Below are positions 48,966-58,898 of a stretch of DNA of 63,456 bases, piece by piece. The first letter of the stretch is position 1. Each line of letters starts with the position of its first letter. The notes beneath the pieces were generated by a model that saw only the letters and a list, made by a program, of their open reading frames with translations, was not told where the DNA came from and did not search any database. The DNA lies in contig CAZQSL010000005.1 in the NCBI GenBank assembly GCA_964595945.1, positions 1 through 63,456 on the forward strand. Direction: 5' to 3'. The stretch comes from an uncultured bacterium (GTDB taxonomy: Bacteria; UBP15; UBA6099; JAJRTR01). The translations under genes were made by a program, and so were the position numbers.

Positions 48966-49457
48966 ATGGATGGATTCGACTCATTCGTAGTGATGCTCAT
49001 AGTGCTGCTCGGGCTGCGGAGCGCAATGCGCGGGCTTTTCAGGGAAATCGGTTCGCTCGCCGGCATTGTGGGCGGCATAATACTTGGCCGTCTGTTTGGC
49101 GAAACAGTGGGCTCGATGTTCAAATCGTTCGTAAAAATAGACATGGTCGCCAACGCGATAGGCTTTACGATAGTGTGCATGGGCGTAGGCATTGGAGCGT
49201 CTATTGTGTCACGAACCATGTCGATGATAGTCAATAAAGCCGGCCTCGGCGCAGTGAACCGTATCGGCGGTTTTCTCGTCGGCGCGCTGCAGGGGCTGCT
49301 CGTCGCCGGATGCGTGCTCTACATCGCGACAGCCGGCGCGGGCGCACTAAATAAAACATTTGCTGCCAATTCCATCTTTGCACCGTATATAATGGAATTT
49401 GTCAGACTGGTGACCGGGATGGCGCTCGGCGCGGGCTCCGCCACCAAAAACGTATGA
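48966..49457 (+). CDS. cvpA: CvpA family protein
   Basis: GLRSAMRGLFREIGSL, LGAVNRIGGFLVG; four TMs. Confidence 0.88.
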   Translation: MDGFDSFVVMLIVLLGLRSAMRGLFREIGSLAGIVGGIILGRLFGETVGSMFKSFVKIDMVANAIGFTIVCMGVGIGASIVSRTMSMIVNKAGLGAVNRIGGFLVGALQGLLVAGCVLYIATAGAGALNKTFAANSIFAPYIMEFVRLVTGMALGAGSATKNV

Positions 49458-49489
49458 TTATCGACAACATCAGACCCGGAGGTCCGGAC

Positions 49490-50656
49490 ATGCACCACAA
49501 AATGACAAAAGCAGGATCGCGGATGACAGCCCTGGCGGCAGTCATGGTCATGGCGGCGCTGCTCGCAGGCGGATGCGGCGGATCGAGCGACGACACTTGC
49601 CTGAGAAATCCGCTCGCGTGCGGCTCGGTCGGCGCGACTGTCACGGGCAATGCCTATGTGATGACATCGGCTCTCCCAAGATCAGCCGGCGCGACCGTCG
49701 ACACGAGCTATATCCACAGCGCCCCACTCGCCGGTGCCGCCATCCATCTGGCGACGATGGATCGCAACGGCGCCATTACATCTCTCGGCCTCAATACGGC
49801 CACTGCCGACTCCTCCGGCGCATTTTCACTGCCTAATGTCCCGGAAGGCCAAAACCTCATAATCGTCGCCGCCAGCGGCTCAATCAGACTGTGGAATACC
49901 GTCACTATCACAAAAGCCCAGACCGCCACGACCGTCAGCAGCGGTGACATGGACATCGCTTCTACCCTTGCCGTCGAAGCCATGTCCGCTTTCCTCGAAT
50001 CCGACACCATCCTGACCGGCGCATCACAAATACCAGCCGACAATGTTGTCACCCTCAAGGATAAAGTGCTCGACAACACCCTGTCAGCCGTCCTCGCCGC
50101 ACCCGCCACGACCATAAGCTCATTTTCCAGCGACTCTTCGCTCGCCATGCTTTTCCAGGCCATGCGCGAAGCATATCCGGTCATCGACATCGTCACCAAC
50201 GCACTTGCCGATACCAGGCCCACTGCCACATCCGCGCCGCGTTACGTCCGCTTTCTCCCCGAAAACGACGCGACAGACGTTAATTACAACGCTCCATCCT
50301 TTTGCATCGTTTTTTCCAAATCCATGTCCCCGGACAATCCTCCATCACCCATCAATATCGTCATTACCAAACCTTCTACCGGCGCATCCCTGACCATCAA
50401 CAGCTCCAACTATGACGACTACGGCGCTTTCCTCTGGAAAACCACCGTCTATGCCAACGACACTCTCTGCTATAACCTGAAAAGCAACGCGGAACTCACT
50501 AACGAACACCTCTTCACCCTTGAGCGAGCCACCACATACACGCTGCAAGACTACACGGTACCCACCAATCTCGTATCAGCCGACGCCACTCCTCTCGCTT
50601 TCACTCCAAACATCAACGAAATCCCGACTCCCATCTCGTTCACTACGAAGAACTGA
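49490..50656 (+). CDS. Hypothetical lipoprotein with C-terminal Ig-like (Big_5-like) region
   Basis: GGAGGT SD; LLAGG-C lipobox; PENDATDV...IVFSKSM...LERATTYTL pattern. Confidence 0.65.
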   Translation: MHHKMTKAGSRMTALAAVMVMAALLAGGCGGSSDDTCLRNPLACGSVGATVTGNAYVMTSALPRSAGATVDTSYIHSAPLAGAAIHLATMDRNGAITSLGLNTATADSSGAFSLPNVPEGQNLIIVAASGSIRLWNTVTITKAQTATTVSSGDMDIASTLAVEAMSAFLESDTILTGASQIPADNVVTLKDKVLDNTLSAVLAAPATTISSFSSDSSLAMLFQAMREAYPVIDIVTNALADTRPTATSAPRYVRFLPENDATDVNYNAPSFCIVFSKSMSPDNPPSPINIVITKPSTGASLTINSSNYDDYGAFLWKTTVYANDTLCYNLKSNAELTNEHLFTLERATTYTLQDYTVPTNLVSADATPLAFTPNINEIPTPISFTTKN

Positions 50657-50727
50657 CACAACGAAAACTCGACGCGCCGGCGGGACACCACATCATTTTC
50701 CGCCGGCGTTTCCATGTACGGACACAC

Positions 50728-51753
50728 ATGACTGACATCTTCGGCACACGCGTCATCATGGCGCCCATGGCCGGCGTCAACTCAAAATCATTCTGCGAAA
50801 TCCTCATCGCCTGCGGCTGCCGCTGCATCTATACCGGACTGCTCGCAAGCCACGGCATAGTCGCCCGCAACCGCCGCTCGCTCGAACTCGCCACCGACTA
50901 TCCCGCCGGAGCGGCCCTCATCGGTCAGCTATTCGGCTCTGTCCCCGAAGTCATGGCCCAAGCCGCCCGCATGCTCGAAGCCTCGGGCAAATTTACTGCC
51001 ATCGACATCAACATGGGCTGCCCGGTCCCCAAAGTCATAAAAAACGAATCAGGCGCCGGCATGATGCGTAACCCCGAACGCGCAGTCGCTATCGTCAAGG
51101 CCATAAAATCCGCAATCGACCTGCCAGTTACGGTCAAAATGCGCTCGGGATGGGACTCGTCCAACATCTCGTGCGTAGACCTCGCCAGACGCGTCGAAGA
51201 CGCCGGAGCCGCTGCGATAGCAATTCACCCGAGGACGCGCGTGCAAGGCTACTCCGGCCTCGCCGACATGAGCCACGCCGCTGCCGTCAAAGACGCCGTA
51301 TCCATTCCCGTCATTGCCTCCGGCGATATCACCGACAGTGCATCAGCCTCGCGCTGCCTTGCCCAAACCGGATGCGACGCACTCATGATCGGCCGCGCCG
51401 CAGCCGCCGCGCCCTGGCTCATCGAGATCATCGAAAAACATATCGAGCACAACATAACCATCCCCGGTCCCTCCATCCACGCACGCATGGCCATCGCACG
51501 CGACCACTTCGACCGCCACATCGACGCCATCGGCGAAAACCGCGGCGTACGCGAAATGCGCGGCGTTATCGCAAGATATGTCAAAGGCCTGCCCGGCGCA
51601 TCAGCTCTCAGAGGCAGACTCAACACACTCACCGACCCGGATGCCATCCGCGACCTCCTCCTCGAAGCCCAGAATACAGGTATCCTGCTCATCCCTCCGC
51701 CGCCAGACGCTCAGTCCTGCACCGGCAATGATATGCCTGATGTGTTATCGTGA
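50728..51753 (+). CDS. dusB: tRNA-dihydrouridine synthase
   Basis: APMAGV, QLFGS, DINMGCP, VTVKMRSGWD, IHPRTR, ASGDI, MIGRA. Confidence 0.93.
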   Translation: MTDIFGTRVIMAPMAGVNSKSFCEILIACGCRCIYTGLLASHGIVARNRRSLELATDYPAGAALIGQLFGSVPEVMAQAARMLEASGKFTAIDINMGCPVPKVIKNESGAGMMRNPERAVAIVKAIKSAIDLPVTVKMRSGWDSSNISCVDLARRVEDAGAAAIAIHPRTRVQGYSGLADMSHAAAVKDAVSIPVIASGDITDSASASRCLAQTGCDALMIGRAAAAAPWLIEIIEKHIEHNITIPGPSIHARMAIARDHFDRHIDAIGENRGVREMRGVIARYVKGLPGASALRGRLNTLTDPDAIRDLLLEAQNTGILLIPPPPDAQSCTGNDMPDVLS

Positions 51754-51842
51754 CGCGTTCGATCAATTAAGAAATGCCTTTGATACTCCTGTAGCCCATT
51801 TTGCTGGCAGATCAGTCTGAAACTATCAAACGAGGTGCTCCA

Positions 51843-52499
51843 ATGGTTCCCGTAATCTGCATAGTCGGAAAACCCGCAAGCGGAAAAACGACGCTGATCG
51901 AAAAAATCGTTCGCCAACTGAAAACCCGTGGCCTCAAAGTGACGGTAATCAAACATACATCGCATGACGTGCCGCTCGACACACCCGGAAAGGATACTGC
52001 GAGGGCAGCGGCGGCGGGCGCCGATGCAGCCGTACTTGTGACAGACAGGGGCTATGCCGTATTCAGACCATCATCTGGCGCCGCGACTGTCGCCCATCTC
52101 GCCGAACAGTGGTTATGCGATGCCGACATCGTTATCGCCGAGGGATTCAAAAGCGAACCCATGCCGAAAATCGAAGTGCTGAGTCCCGGTGGCGAGCGTT
52201 GCGGCTGCAATCCAGAAGGACTCATGGCAATCGCGATTCCGGCTGGCACTCAAATTGACACCGGTGATGATGGCCTGAAAGTGTTTGACCGTGATGACGC
52301 CGAGACAATAGCGGATTTCATCGACGAAAAAATCATCAGGGCAGCATCTCGCAGCGATGCGAATGTATGGGTCGATGGTCATGCAGTCGAGCTTAACCCC
52401 TTCGTCAAGGCATTTGTCACACAGACCGTCAGGGGAATGCTGTCGGCGCTCAAGGGCGGCAAAAAACCGGAAAAAATCAGATTGAAAATCGGAAGATAG
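51843..52499 (+). CDS. mobB: Molybdopterin-guanine dinucleotide biosynthesis protein B with C-terminal extension
   Basis: GKPASGKTT, IKHTSH, GKDT, AEGFK; ELNPFVKAFV C-terminal module. Confidence 0.92.
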   Translation: MVPVICIVGKPASGKTTLIEKIVRQLKTRGLKVTVIKHTSHDVPLDTPGKDTARAAAAGADAAVLVTDRGYAVFRPSSGAATVAHLAEQWLCDADIVIAEGFKSEPMPKIEVLSPGGERCGCNPEGLMAIAIPAGTQIDTGDDGLKVFDRDDAETIADFIDEKIIRAASRSDANVWVDGHAVELNPFVKAFVTQTVRGMLSALKGGKKPEKIRLKIGR

Positions 52500-52587
52500 G
52501 CAAGATGCCGCTGCGCCAGTGCCGTATCGTTTGACAAGGTGGTTCGGGTGCGATATTTCACCCTTTTATTGTAACGGACGGATACAG

Positions 52588-53148
52588 TCAGGGGCTGATA
52601 TCGCCGAATCGCACGCGGAAAATTTCAGAGTACCGCGGGCCGGAGGGCCGCAGATTGCTTGAAAACAGCACGATGCTGTCAGTGGTGAAGGAAGCGTCTT
52701 CGTAGCTGCTTGTGAGGCAGGTGCGGCGGGGCTCGCGGAAGCGGGCGATGGTGACGTGAGGGCTGAATGCTTTCTTTTCGGGCGCGAAACCGGCGGAGAC
52801 AAGCGATCTTTCGATCATTGCGGCCATGCCGGCGAGCCGGTCGCTGCCATCGGTGATGCCTGCCCACAGGATGCTTGCTTTTTCGGGCGAGGGGAATGCG
52901 CCGAGGCCGCTGATGGTAGTCGTGAAAGGGGTAGCGGATCGTGCGGCGGCGCGCATGGCGGCAGTGGCTGCTTCGATGCCGCGGGGGCGGATTTCACCGA
53001 GAAACCTGAGAGTGATGTGGCAGTTGTGTGGAGTGGTCCATCGCGCGGAGGGCAGTTGGGGAGCGTGCTGCCGCTGAAGTGCTTCGATGTGTTCGTGGAT
53101 GTCGTGCGGCAATTCCACTGCTATGAAACATCTGGTCATTTCGTCCAT
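52588..53148 (-). CDS. thpR: RNA 2',3'-cyclic phosphodiesterase (2H family)
   Basis: RCFIAVEL, CHITLRFLG, PHVTIAR, SNLRPSGPRY. Confidence 0.93.
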   Translation of the reverse strand: MDEMTRCFIAVELPHDIHEHIEALQRQHAPQLPSARWTTPHNCHITLRFLGEIRPRGIEAATAAMRAAARSATPFTTTISGLGAFPSPEKASILWAGITDGSDRLAGMAAMIERSLVSAGFAPEKKAFSPHVTIARFREPRRTCLTSSYEDASFTTDSIVLFSSNLRPSGPRYSEIFRVRFGDISP

Positions 53149-53364
53149 TGAGTTGTTTCCTCCGCCAGCGGGACGGGACTGTCAGGTTATTTTATCGAAA
53201 AATTTACAGCAGGCAATGGCGCAGGTCATCGGAGCGGCATTTTTTTCTCTTTCTGTTCTGCGCGGCGGCGATTTCTGGTATTATTGTCAAAAGCTTGATC
53301 ACGGTGGTACTGATCATGCGTATTTTTACCGTGACAGTGACTTGGCAAAAGGAGATATTTGTAT

Positions 53365-54258
53365 ATGGAAAGTGGCGGTGCACAGACCCCGATAATGATC
53401 GTGCTCGCGTTTGCGGCGTTTGCGTCTCTGACGCTGAATATCGGAAAAGCAGTGATGAAGATGAAGGTCGAAGTGCTGAAGAAGGGCAAGCTGGTGCTGA
53501 GTCCAGAGAACAGGCACGATTTTCTCGTCTGGTGTGGCGGCATGATGATGACATTCGTCGCCGGCATCCTGATCATGAAGGCACAGGATATGACGGACAA
53601 GGCATCGCTCGTGTCGTCGGCCAACGGAGTTGGGCTGGTCGGGCTCGCGTTTTTCTCGATGATAGTGCTCAAGGAGCGTGTCGGCGTCCGAGAATGGGGC
53701 GCGGTGCTCATGATCATCATCGGCACTGTTATTGTGTCGACATTCAACAAGGCCGCAGAAGGCGAGGAAATCCTCAACATGACCGCCCTGTACTGGTGCT
53801 GCGGCATAACTGGCGTTGCCTGCACGGTAATCGGTCTGATTTCGACCAAAGCGAAATTTGCCCAGGCGTTTATCTACGCGGCCATCGGTGGTGTTTCCAT
53901 CGGCCTGATGAATATTTTCTATCATGTCGGCCCGCTCGTCGCCGGCAGTTTTGGCGCTTCGTTTAAAACGGCTTATCCCTACATCGGCTATATGCTCGGC
54001 AATGTGACTTTTGTAATGACCAATATTGCGTTCTTCTATGGCTCGGGCATCATGGTTGTGCCGACGCTCAACGCGATAATGATCATTTCACCGATGATTT
54101 TCGAATATTTTGTTTTCAGGACCCAACTCCAGCCCATGCAGTATCTGGGCGCGCTGGTCATCACGGTCGGCGTCATCCTGCTCACGGCTGCTACCGCAGC
54201 CAATGAGCCGCCGAAGGTCAAGGAACCCAAGGAGCCCGCGAAGGCAGCGGCGAGCTGA
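53365..54258 (+). CDS. DMT-superfamily (EamA/NIPA-like) membrane transporter
   Basis: About 9 TMs in two repeats; KERVGVREWGAVLMIIIG and QYLGALVITVGVILL DMT-type ends. Confidence 0.6.
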   Translation: MESGGAQTPIMIVLAFAAFASLTLNIGKAVMKMKVEVLKKGKLVLSPENRHDFLVWCGGMMMTFVAGILIMKAQDMTDKASLVSSANGVGLVGLAFFSMIVLKERVGVREWGAVLMIIIGTVIVSTFNKAAEGEEILNMTALYWCCGITGVACTVIGLISTKAKFAQAFIYAAIGGVSIGLMNIFYHVGPLVAGSFGASFKTAYPYIGYMLGNVTFVMTNIAFFYGSGIMVVPTLNAIMIISPMIFEYFVFRTQLQPMQYLGALVITVGVILLTAATAANEPPKVKEPKEPAKAAAS

Positions 54259-54292
54259 TATTTCGAGTGTCACTCTTTTCAGAAACAAACAC

Positions 54293-54319
54293 AGGCGGGG
54301 GCCCAGCCCCCGCCTTTTT
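54293..54319 (+). terminator. Intrinsic terminator
   Basis: AGGCGGGGG/CCCCCGCCT stem plus T-run. Confidence 0.82.
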
Positions 54320-54511
54320 CGCGTCTGTGAGATGCGACGCATGTCAAACAGAGCGATGACGGGCAGATGGCTCATCACTTGACGAGATGCGCCCAATAAT
54401 ACTGTCATTCCAATTATTTGTTGATTGAAACCACACTTTCGGGGTAAAATCAATTAGGAACCACAGTAAAAAGCGAATCGGCACAAATATCATAGCATCT
54501 ATGGGGGCGGC

Positions 54512-55960
54512 ATGAAATTTCGCAAAAGATTACGACTATTGTTTATCGGTCTTGCGGTACTGACGAATGGGCTGCTGATGCTGATAATGTATTTGTTCAT
54601 GAAAAATTCGATGTTCGCTATGATACAGAGTCAGGTAATGTCGATCGCGGCGGCTGCGGCAGTGAATCTGGATGCCGGCCTGCACGTCGAGGCAGTGAAA
54701 AACGGGCAGGAATCGGAAGAGTACGAAAAAATCTATGCGCAATTGGGAAAGATACGAAACGCTAACAGGCGCGACGATGTCTATGTGAGGTTTATCTACA
54801 CACTTGTGCCGGGCAGTGATGTGGGCAAGAAGGAAAAATTCGTGTTTGCCGTCGATGCCGAAGAGGAAAACACCGGCGATCAATCGAAACTTGGCGACGT
54901 GTTCTCCAATAGCAACCCGAAGGTAAAAATAGACAAGCCATACGTGTCGGACAAGTACGATGTGGACAAGTGGGGCGTGTGGCTGACTGCGTACTATCCC
55001 CTGAGGGACGCGCAAGGAAGGCCAGTCGCGCTGCTTGGGGTTGACGTGAGGGCGTCCGATGTGCAGAAGAAACTCGATGCGGTCCTGTACACCGGTCTCG
55101 GGTGCCTTGCGCTGAGCGTGCTGATCGCGCTCATCGTGGCTATCCGCATGGCCAACCGCGTGTCCGATCCGCTCGAAAAGATCAAGGATGCGGTCGTGAG
55201 GATAGGCAGGGGGGAATTCGGGGTCAACGTGGATATCCACACAAAGGACGAATTCGGGCAGGTCGCCGATGCGATCAATGAAATGACTCGCGGGCTCAAG
55301 GAACGCGAACTGCTCAAGACATCGCTTGCCAACTATGTCTCCGCGGAAGTGGCCAACAGCATCCTTTCGTCCGGTGCGCTCCCCACCATCACGGGCAGCC
55401 GCTGCAAGATAACTGTCCTGTTTTCTGACATAAGGAATTTTACGACACTTTCCGAGTCGCGCGAACCCGAAGAGGTCGTGGCGCTGCTCAATGAGTATTT
55501 CGAGCGCATGATCGACATAATATTCCGCCACCAGGGCATGCTCGATAAATTTATCGGCGATGGCATACTCTGCATCTTCGGCGCTCCGATCGACGATCCG
55601 CAGCAGGAACTCCATGCCGTACAGGCAGCGTTTGAGATGCAGGAGGCCGTCATCAAGCTGCGAGACAAGTGGGGGATCGAAAAATCCATCGACTTTCGCG
55701 TCGGCATCGGCATCCATACCGGGCCTGCAATCGTGGGCAACATCGGCTCGTCCGAACGCATGGAATACACGGCGATCGGTGACACGGTCAATCTCGCGTC
55801 GAGACTCGAGTCGGCTTCGAAAGACCTCAAGGCAAGCATCGTCATCAGTGACACCACGTATGAGGCGGTCAGTGACAAGTACTGTTTCGAAGAGGGTGGC
55901 TCGATCACTGTCAAGGGCAGAAATGCTCCGGTCAAGGTATACGCGGTCAATAGAAAATGA
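54512..55960 (+). CDS. Class III adenylate cyclase (TM, sensor domain, TM, HAMP, catalytic domain)
   Basis: VLFSDIRNFT, LDKFIGDG, YTAIGDTVNLASRLE; Lys and Asp specificity residues indicate ATP. Confidence 0.93.
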   Translation: MKFRKRLRLLFIGLAVLTNGLLMLIMYLFMKNSMFAMIQSQVMSIAAAAAVNLDAGLHVEAVKNGQESEEYEKIYAQLGKIRNANRRDDVYVRFIYTLVPGSDVGKKEKFVFAVDAEEENTGDQSKLGDVFSNSNPKVKIDKPYVSDKYDVDKWGVWLTAYYPLRDAQGRPVALLGVDVRASDVQKKLDAVLYTGLGCLALSVLIALIVAIRMANRVSDPLEKIKDAVVRIGRGEFGVNVDIHTKDEFGQVADAINEMTRGLKERELLKTSLANYVSAEVANSILSSGALPTITGSRCKITVLFSDIRNFTTLSESREPEEVVALLNEYFERMIDIIFRHQGMLDKFIGDGILCIFGAPIDDPQQELHAVQAAFEMQEAVIKLRDKWGIEKSIDFRVGIGIHTGPAIVGNIGSSERMEYTAIGDTVNLASRLESASKDLKASIVISDTTYEAVSDKYCFEEGGSITVKGRNAPVKVYAVNRK

Positions 55961-56404
55961 GACCTCGCCGGGTTTGCATGCTCTGTATCAGCAGGCGCAT
56001 AGCTGCCAGTAGACAGACATAGCTGACATGGGTTGTCCATGTCGCCTTGAACATTCCCGCCAGTGCGCAGCAGCACCGGGCGGGGTAGGGCGGGGGCGGT
56101 ATGGGGTCCCGTGCGGGTTTGTTTTTCACCTGAAAATGGCTTGCCGGTAATTAAGCGCTCCGTTTTTCGTGATGCTGGCCATTAGCCGGCTGAGGTGCCT
56201 GCCGCGGAGAATTGTATAAGTGTGCGACAGGGTAAAACCCGCTGTGGCGATACGGAATTATGTGAAAAACATTTATCTTGTCATATCATTGGTAACGTGA
56301 GATAATCTAAACAGAAGACTTGTAAGTAAATGCCGGGCCATTAACCCCATCGCGTCTGCGATGAGTGGGAAGAATACGGAAACCGATTTCCGGAGGAGGC
56401 AGAA

Positions 56405-57226
56405 ATACTTCCACAATTTGATACTTATCCGCCTCTTTATTTCGGGTTTATCGGGCTGTTTGTAGGGAGTTTCCTCAATGTATGCGTGTGGAGGCTGCCC
56501 CGGGGAGAATCGATAGCTTGGCCCGGGTCGCACTGTCCGGCCTGCGGCAGCAGGCTCAGCGCAATGGAGCTTATCCCACTGGCGAGCTGGCTGTATCAGA
56601 AGCGAAGATGCAGGGCATGCGCCGCGAAGATATCGGGAAGATACCCGGCGGTGGAGATCGTGACCGGAATCGCATTTTACTATGCGTCAGTCAGCGCTGA
56701 CGGAACATTTTTGGTTTTTCTGCAAAAAGCGCTTCTGTTTTCAGGACTGATCATAGTTTTTCTGGTCGATATGGATCACATGATAATACCGGATGTGGTG
56801 ATCCTGCCGCTTGCGGTGACGGGGATGGTGATATCGGCGGCGGGTACGGTGATGCCGGGGCTGGAAGGCGTGCCGGACTGGAAAGACGCGCTGGTCACGG
56901 CAGGGATAGGGTTCGGAGTGTTTCTCGCCATAAAAGTGGGAGGCACACTGGTGGCGGGCAGAGAGGCGATGGGATTCGGAGATGTCAAATTTGCCGCGAT
57001 GCTCGGGGTTTTTCTGGGGAGGGACCTTTTTCTGGCGGGGATGTTCCTCGCTTTTCTGATCGGAGCTCTTGTTGCGATACCGCTGCTGCTCCTGAGGGGA
57101 AGGGGGATGAGAGAAAATGTGCCGTTCGGTCCCATGATGGTGGCTGGCGCGGTGGTGGCTCTCGTCGGGGGGCAGCAGTTGATCGACTGGTATGGAAGAT
57201 GGATGGGCAGATTATGGTTATATTGA
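56405..57226 (+). CDS. pilD: Prepilin peptidase / N-methyltransferase; start probably upstream of the GTG at 56486
   Basis: GSFLNVC, SHCPACG, CRAC, RYPAVE, DHMIIPD, MGFGDVK, VPFGP; the conserved GSFLNV is encoded upstream of the first GTG; in-frame ATA at 56405 behind GGAGGAGG. Confidence 0.9.
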   Translation: MLPQFDTYPPLYFGFIGLFVGSFLNVCVWRLPRGESIAWPGSHCPACGSRLSAMELIPLASWLYQKRRCRACAAKISGRYPAVEIVTGIAFYYASVSADGTFLVFLQKALLFSGLIIVFLVDMDHMIIPDVVILPLAVTGMVISAAGTVMPGLEGVPDWKDALVTAGIGFGVFLAIKVGGTLVAGREAMGFGDVKFAAMLGVFLGRDLFLAGMFLAFLIGALVAIPLLLLRGRGMRENVPFGPMMVAGAVVALVGGQQLIDWYGRWMGRLWLY

Positions 57227-57299
57227 CATATTATGGTTGGAGTCTGACGTAAAGCGGTAAATAGTCAGTAGGCAGATTGAAATTGGAAGGTGTTCAGAA

Positions 57300-57983
57300 A
57301 TGAACATTTTTAAATTGAGTGAAAAACCGAAGAACCTGATTTCGATCCGTCGGGGAGATGGCGAAAAGGGGTTCACTTTTGTCGAAGTGATGATAGCCAT
57401 GACTATCCTTGTGTCCGTGATGATAGGGATAGCGATGTCGCTGAACACGGCCATGGCGCAACTGAAGGAACTGCGGGTCAAGCGAACCGCGAACGATTGC
57501 GGCAGGGCGATCATGGAATATCTGTCTACACTGCCGCCGGATGTGGTGTATGCGGCATCGCCGGGGACTCCCATCGTGGGCGACTTCAGCACCGGCGGCA
57601 TCCTGCAACTCAAGCAGTTCGTATACGGCTCGGAGCTGGACAATATCCCGACGGCATGTATGGAAATGTCAAATCCGGCCAGCGTAGTCGGCAAACGGGT
57701 GAATATGAAATATAGTATATGCCCCGGATGCAATGCCTATACCGAAGAAGACACTACCGGCGGCGCCAACGATTATCATACGTGCAAATATACAATAAAA
57801 GTGCGGATCGAATACAACGGTTTGCACCTTGCTCGGAGTGTGGACAAACCGCACAAAATTGACTTTATGAAACAATTGTACGAAGGAAAGGCATATCCGT
57901 GTGTCGACACGGCCGGGATAGGCGTGTCGGTATGTGGGATAGGTTCGGACAACCCGGACACACCCAAAATGTGCTATTTCTAA
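57300..57983 (+). CDS. PilV-like minor pilin
   Basis: KG|FTFVEVMIAMTIL class III signal with Glu5; 8 Cys. Confidence 0.85.
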   Translation: MNIFKLSEKPKNLISIRRGDGEKGFTFVEVMIAMTILVSVMIGIAMSLNTAMAQLKELRVKRTANDCGRAIMEYLSTLPPDVVYAASPGTPIVGDFSTGGILQLKQFVYGSELDNIPTACMEMSNPASVVGKRVNMKYSICPGCNAYTEEDTTGGANDYHTCKYTIKVRIEYNGLHLARSVDKPHKIDFMKQLYEGKAYPCVDTAGIGVSVCGIGSDNPDTPKMCYF

Positions 57984-58006
57984 TCGCTCCGTATCGGGAG
58001 ACCGCG

Positions 58007-58864
58007 ATGGATGGTATAAACAATAAAAGATATGTCCGCTCACAGGCCGGATATTCGCTCGTAGAGCTCATGGTTGTGTTGTGGCTCATAGTGATAATCA
58101 CGATAGCGATTTCGCACTTGCTCACCAACACGGCCAAAATAGTCACCGATGTCTCAAGAGAAAATTTCGCCCAGAGCAGAGTCGAACAGATAGTCTCCCA
58201 GATAGCCGACGACTTCAGGTCGGCGGGGTCGGATGATTTCCGCCATATCAGCGATGGCTCGACCTCTATTTATTTCCACTTTGTGCGATACATGCAGAAC
58301 ATGGATGCCTACGCTCCAGGCAATGCGGACACGGCATACGATCTCGCCTGTTACAGATTTGTGCCTCCTTCGGACGCAAATAACCCTTTTGCCGCCAATT
58401 ATGTCCCCGGCTACATCGAAACCGGGACAACCCCCGGGGCCGGGACATCATGCGACAGCCTGACACAGGGCATGTACAAACTCACCGACAACTATACGGA
58501 TATCCGCAAATTTGAAGTGCAGTTCTGCCAGCCGGGGGCATCGGCCGGCACCTTCGACTGCTTCAACTCCATCGACAATGCGACGATCGACGATACTCCG
58601 CCAATCTACTCTCACACGGCCATGTGTGTCTGGATCGTGAAAATCAATGTGGAATACGCGAGAATCACGCCAAAAACCGGAAACTCGATGGCGCCCGACC
58701 GCTACGAAAAACTGACATCGAGGTATTCGACGGCAGTCAAGCTCCGCAATCCCTATTCCATGTCACTCTTTATCGACGAAGACAAAGACGGAATAGTCGA
58801 CTGCTGCGACGCGACATACGGAATGGCAGGCGGCACATGGTGTCCCGCGCCAGTCAGTCAATAA
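58007..58864 (+). CDS. PilW-like minor pilin
   Basis: AG|YSLVELMVVLWL with Glu5; QIADDFRSAG helix; VKLRN near the C-terminus; 8 Cys. Confidence 0.85.
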   Translation: MDGINNKRYVRSQAGYSLVELMVVLWLIVIITIAISHLLTNTAKIVTDVSRENFAQSRVEQIVSQIADDFRSAGSDDFRHISDGSTSIYFHFVRYMQNMDAYAPGNADTAYDLACYRFVPPSDANNPFAANYVPGYIETGTTPGAGTSCDSLTQGMYKLTDNYTDIRKFEVQFCQPGASAGTFDCFNSIDNATIDDTPPIYSHTAMCVWIVKINVEYARITPKTGNSMAPDRYEKLTSRYSTAVKLRNPYSMSLFIDEDKDGIVDCCDATYGMAGGTWCPAPVSQ

Positions 58865-58898
58865 GCCAACAAGAAACGAAATCATTCGGGGTGCTGGC

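Noticed and set aside
55960-56340. c-di-GMP riboswitch or sigma54 promoter upstream of the pilin operon
   Set aside because: No GEMM core motifs and no TGGCAC-N5-TTGC with correct spacing
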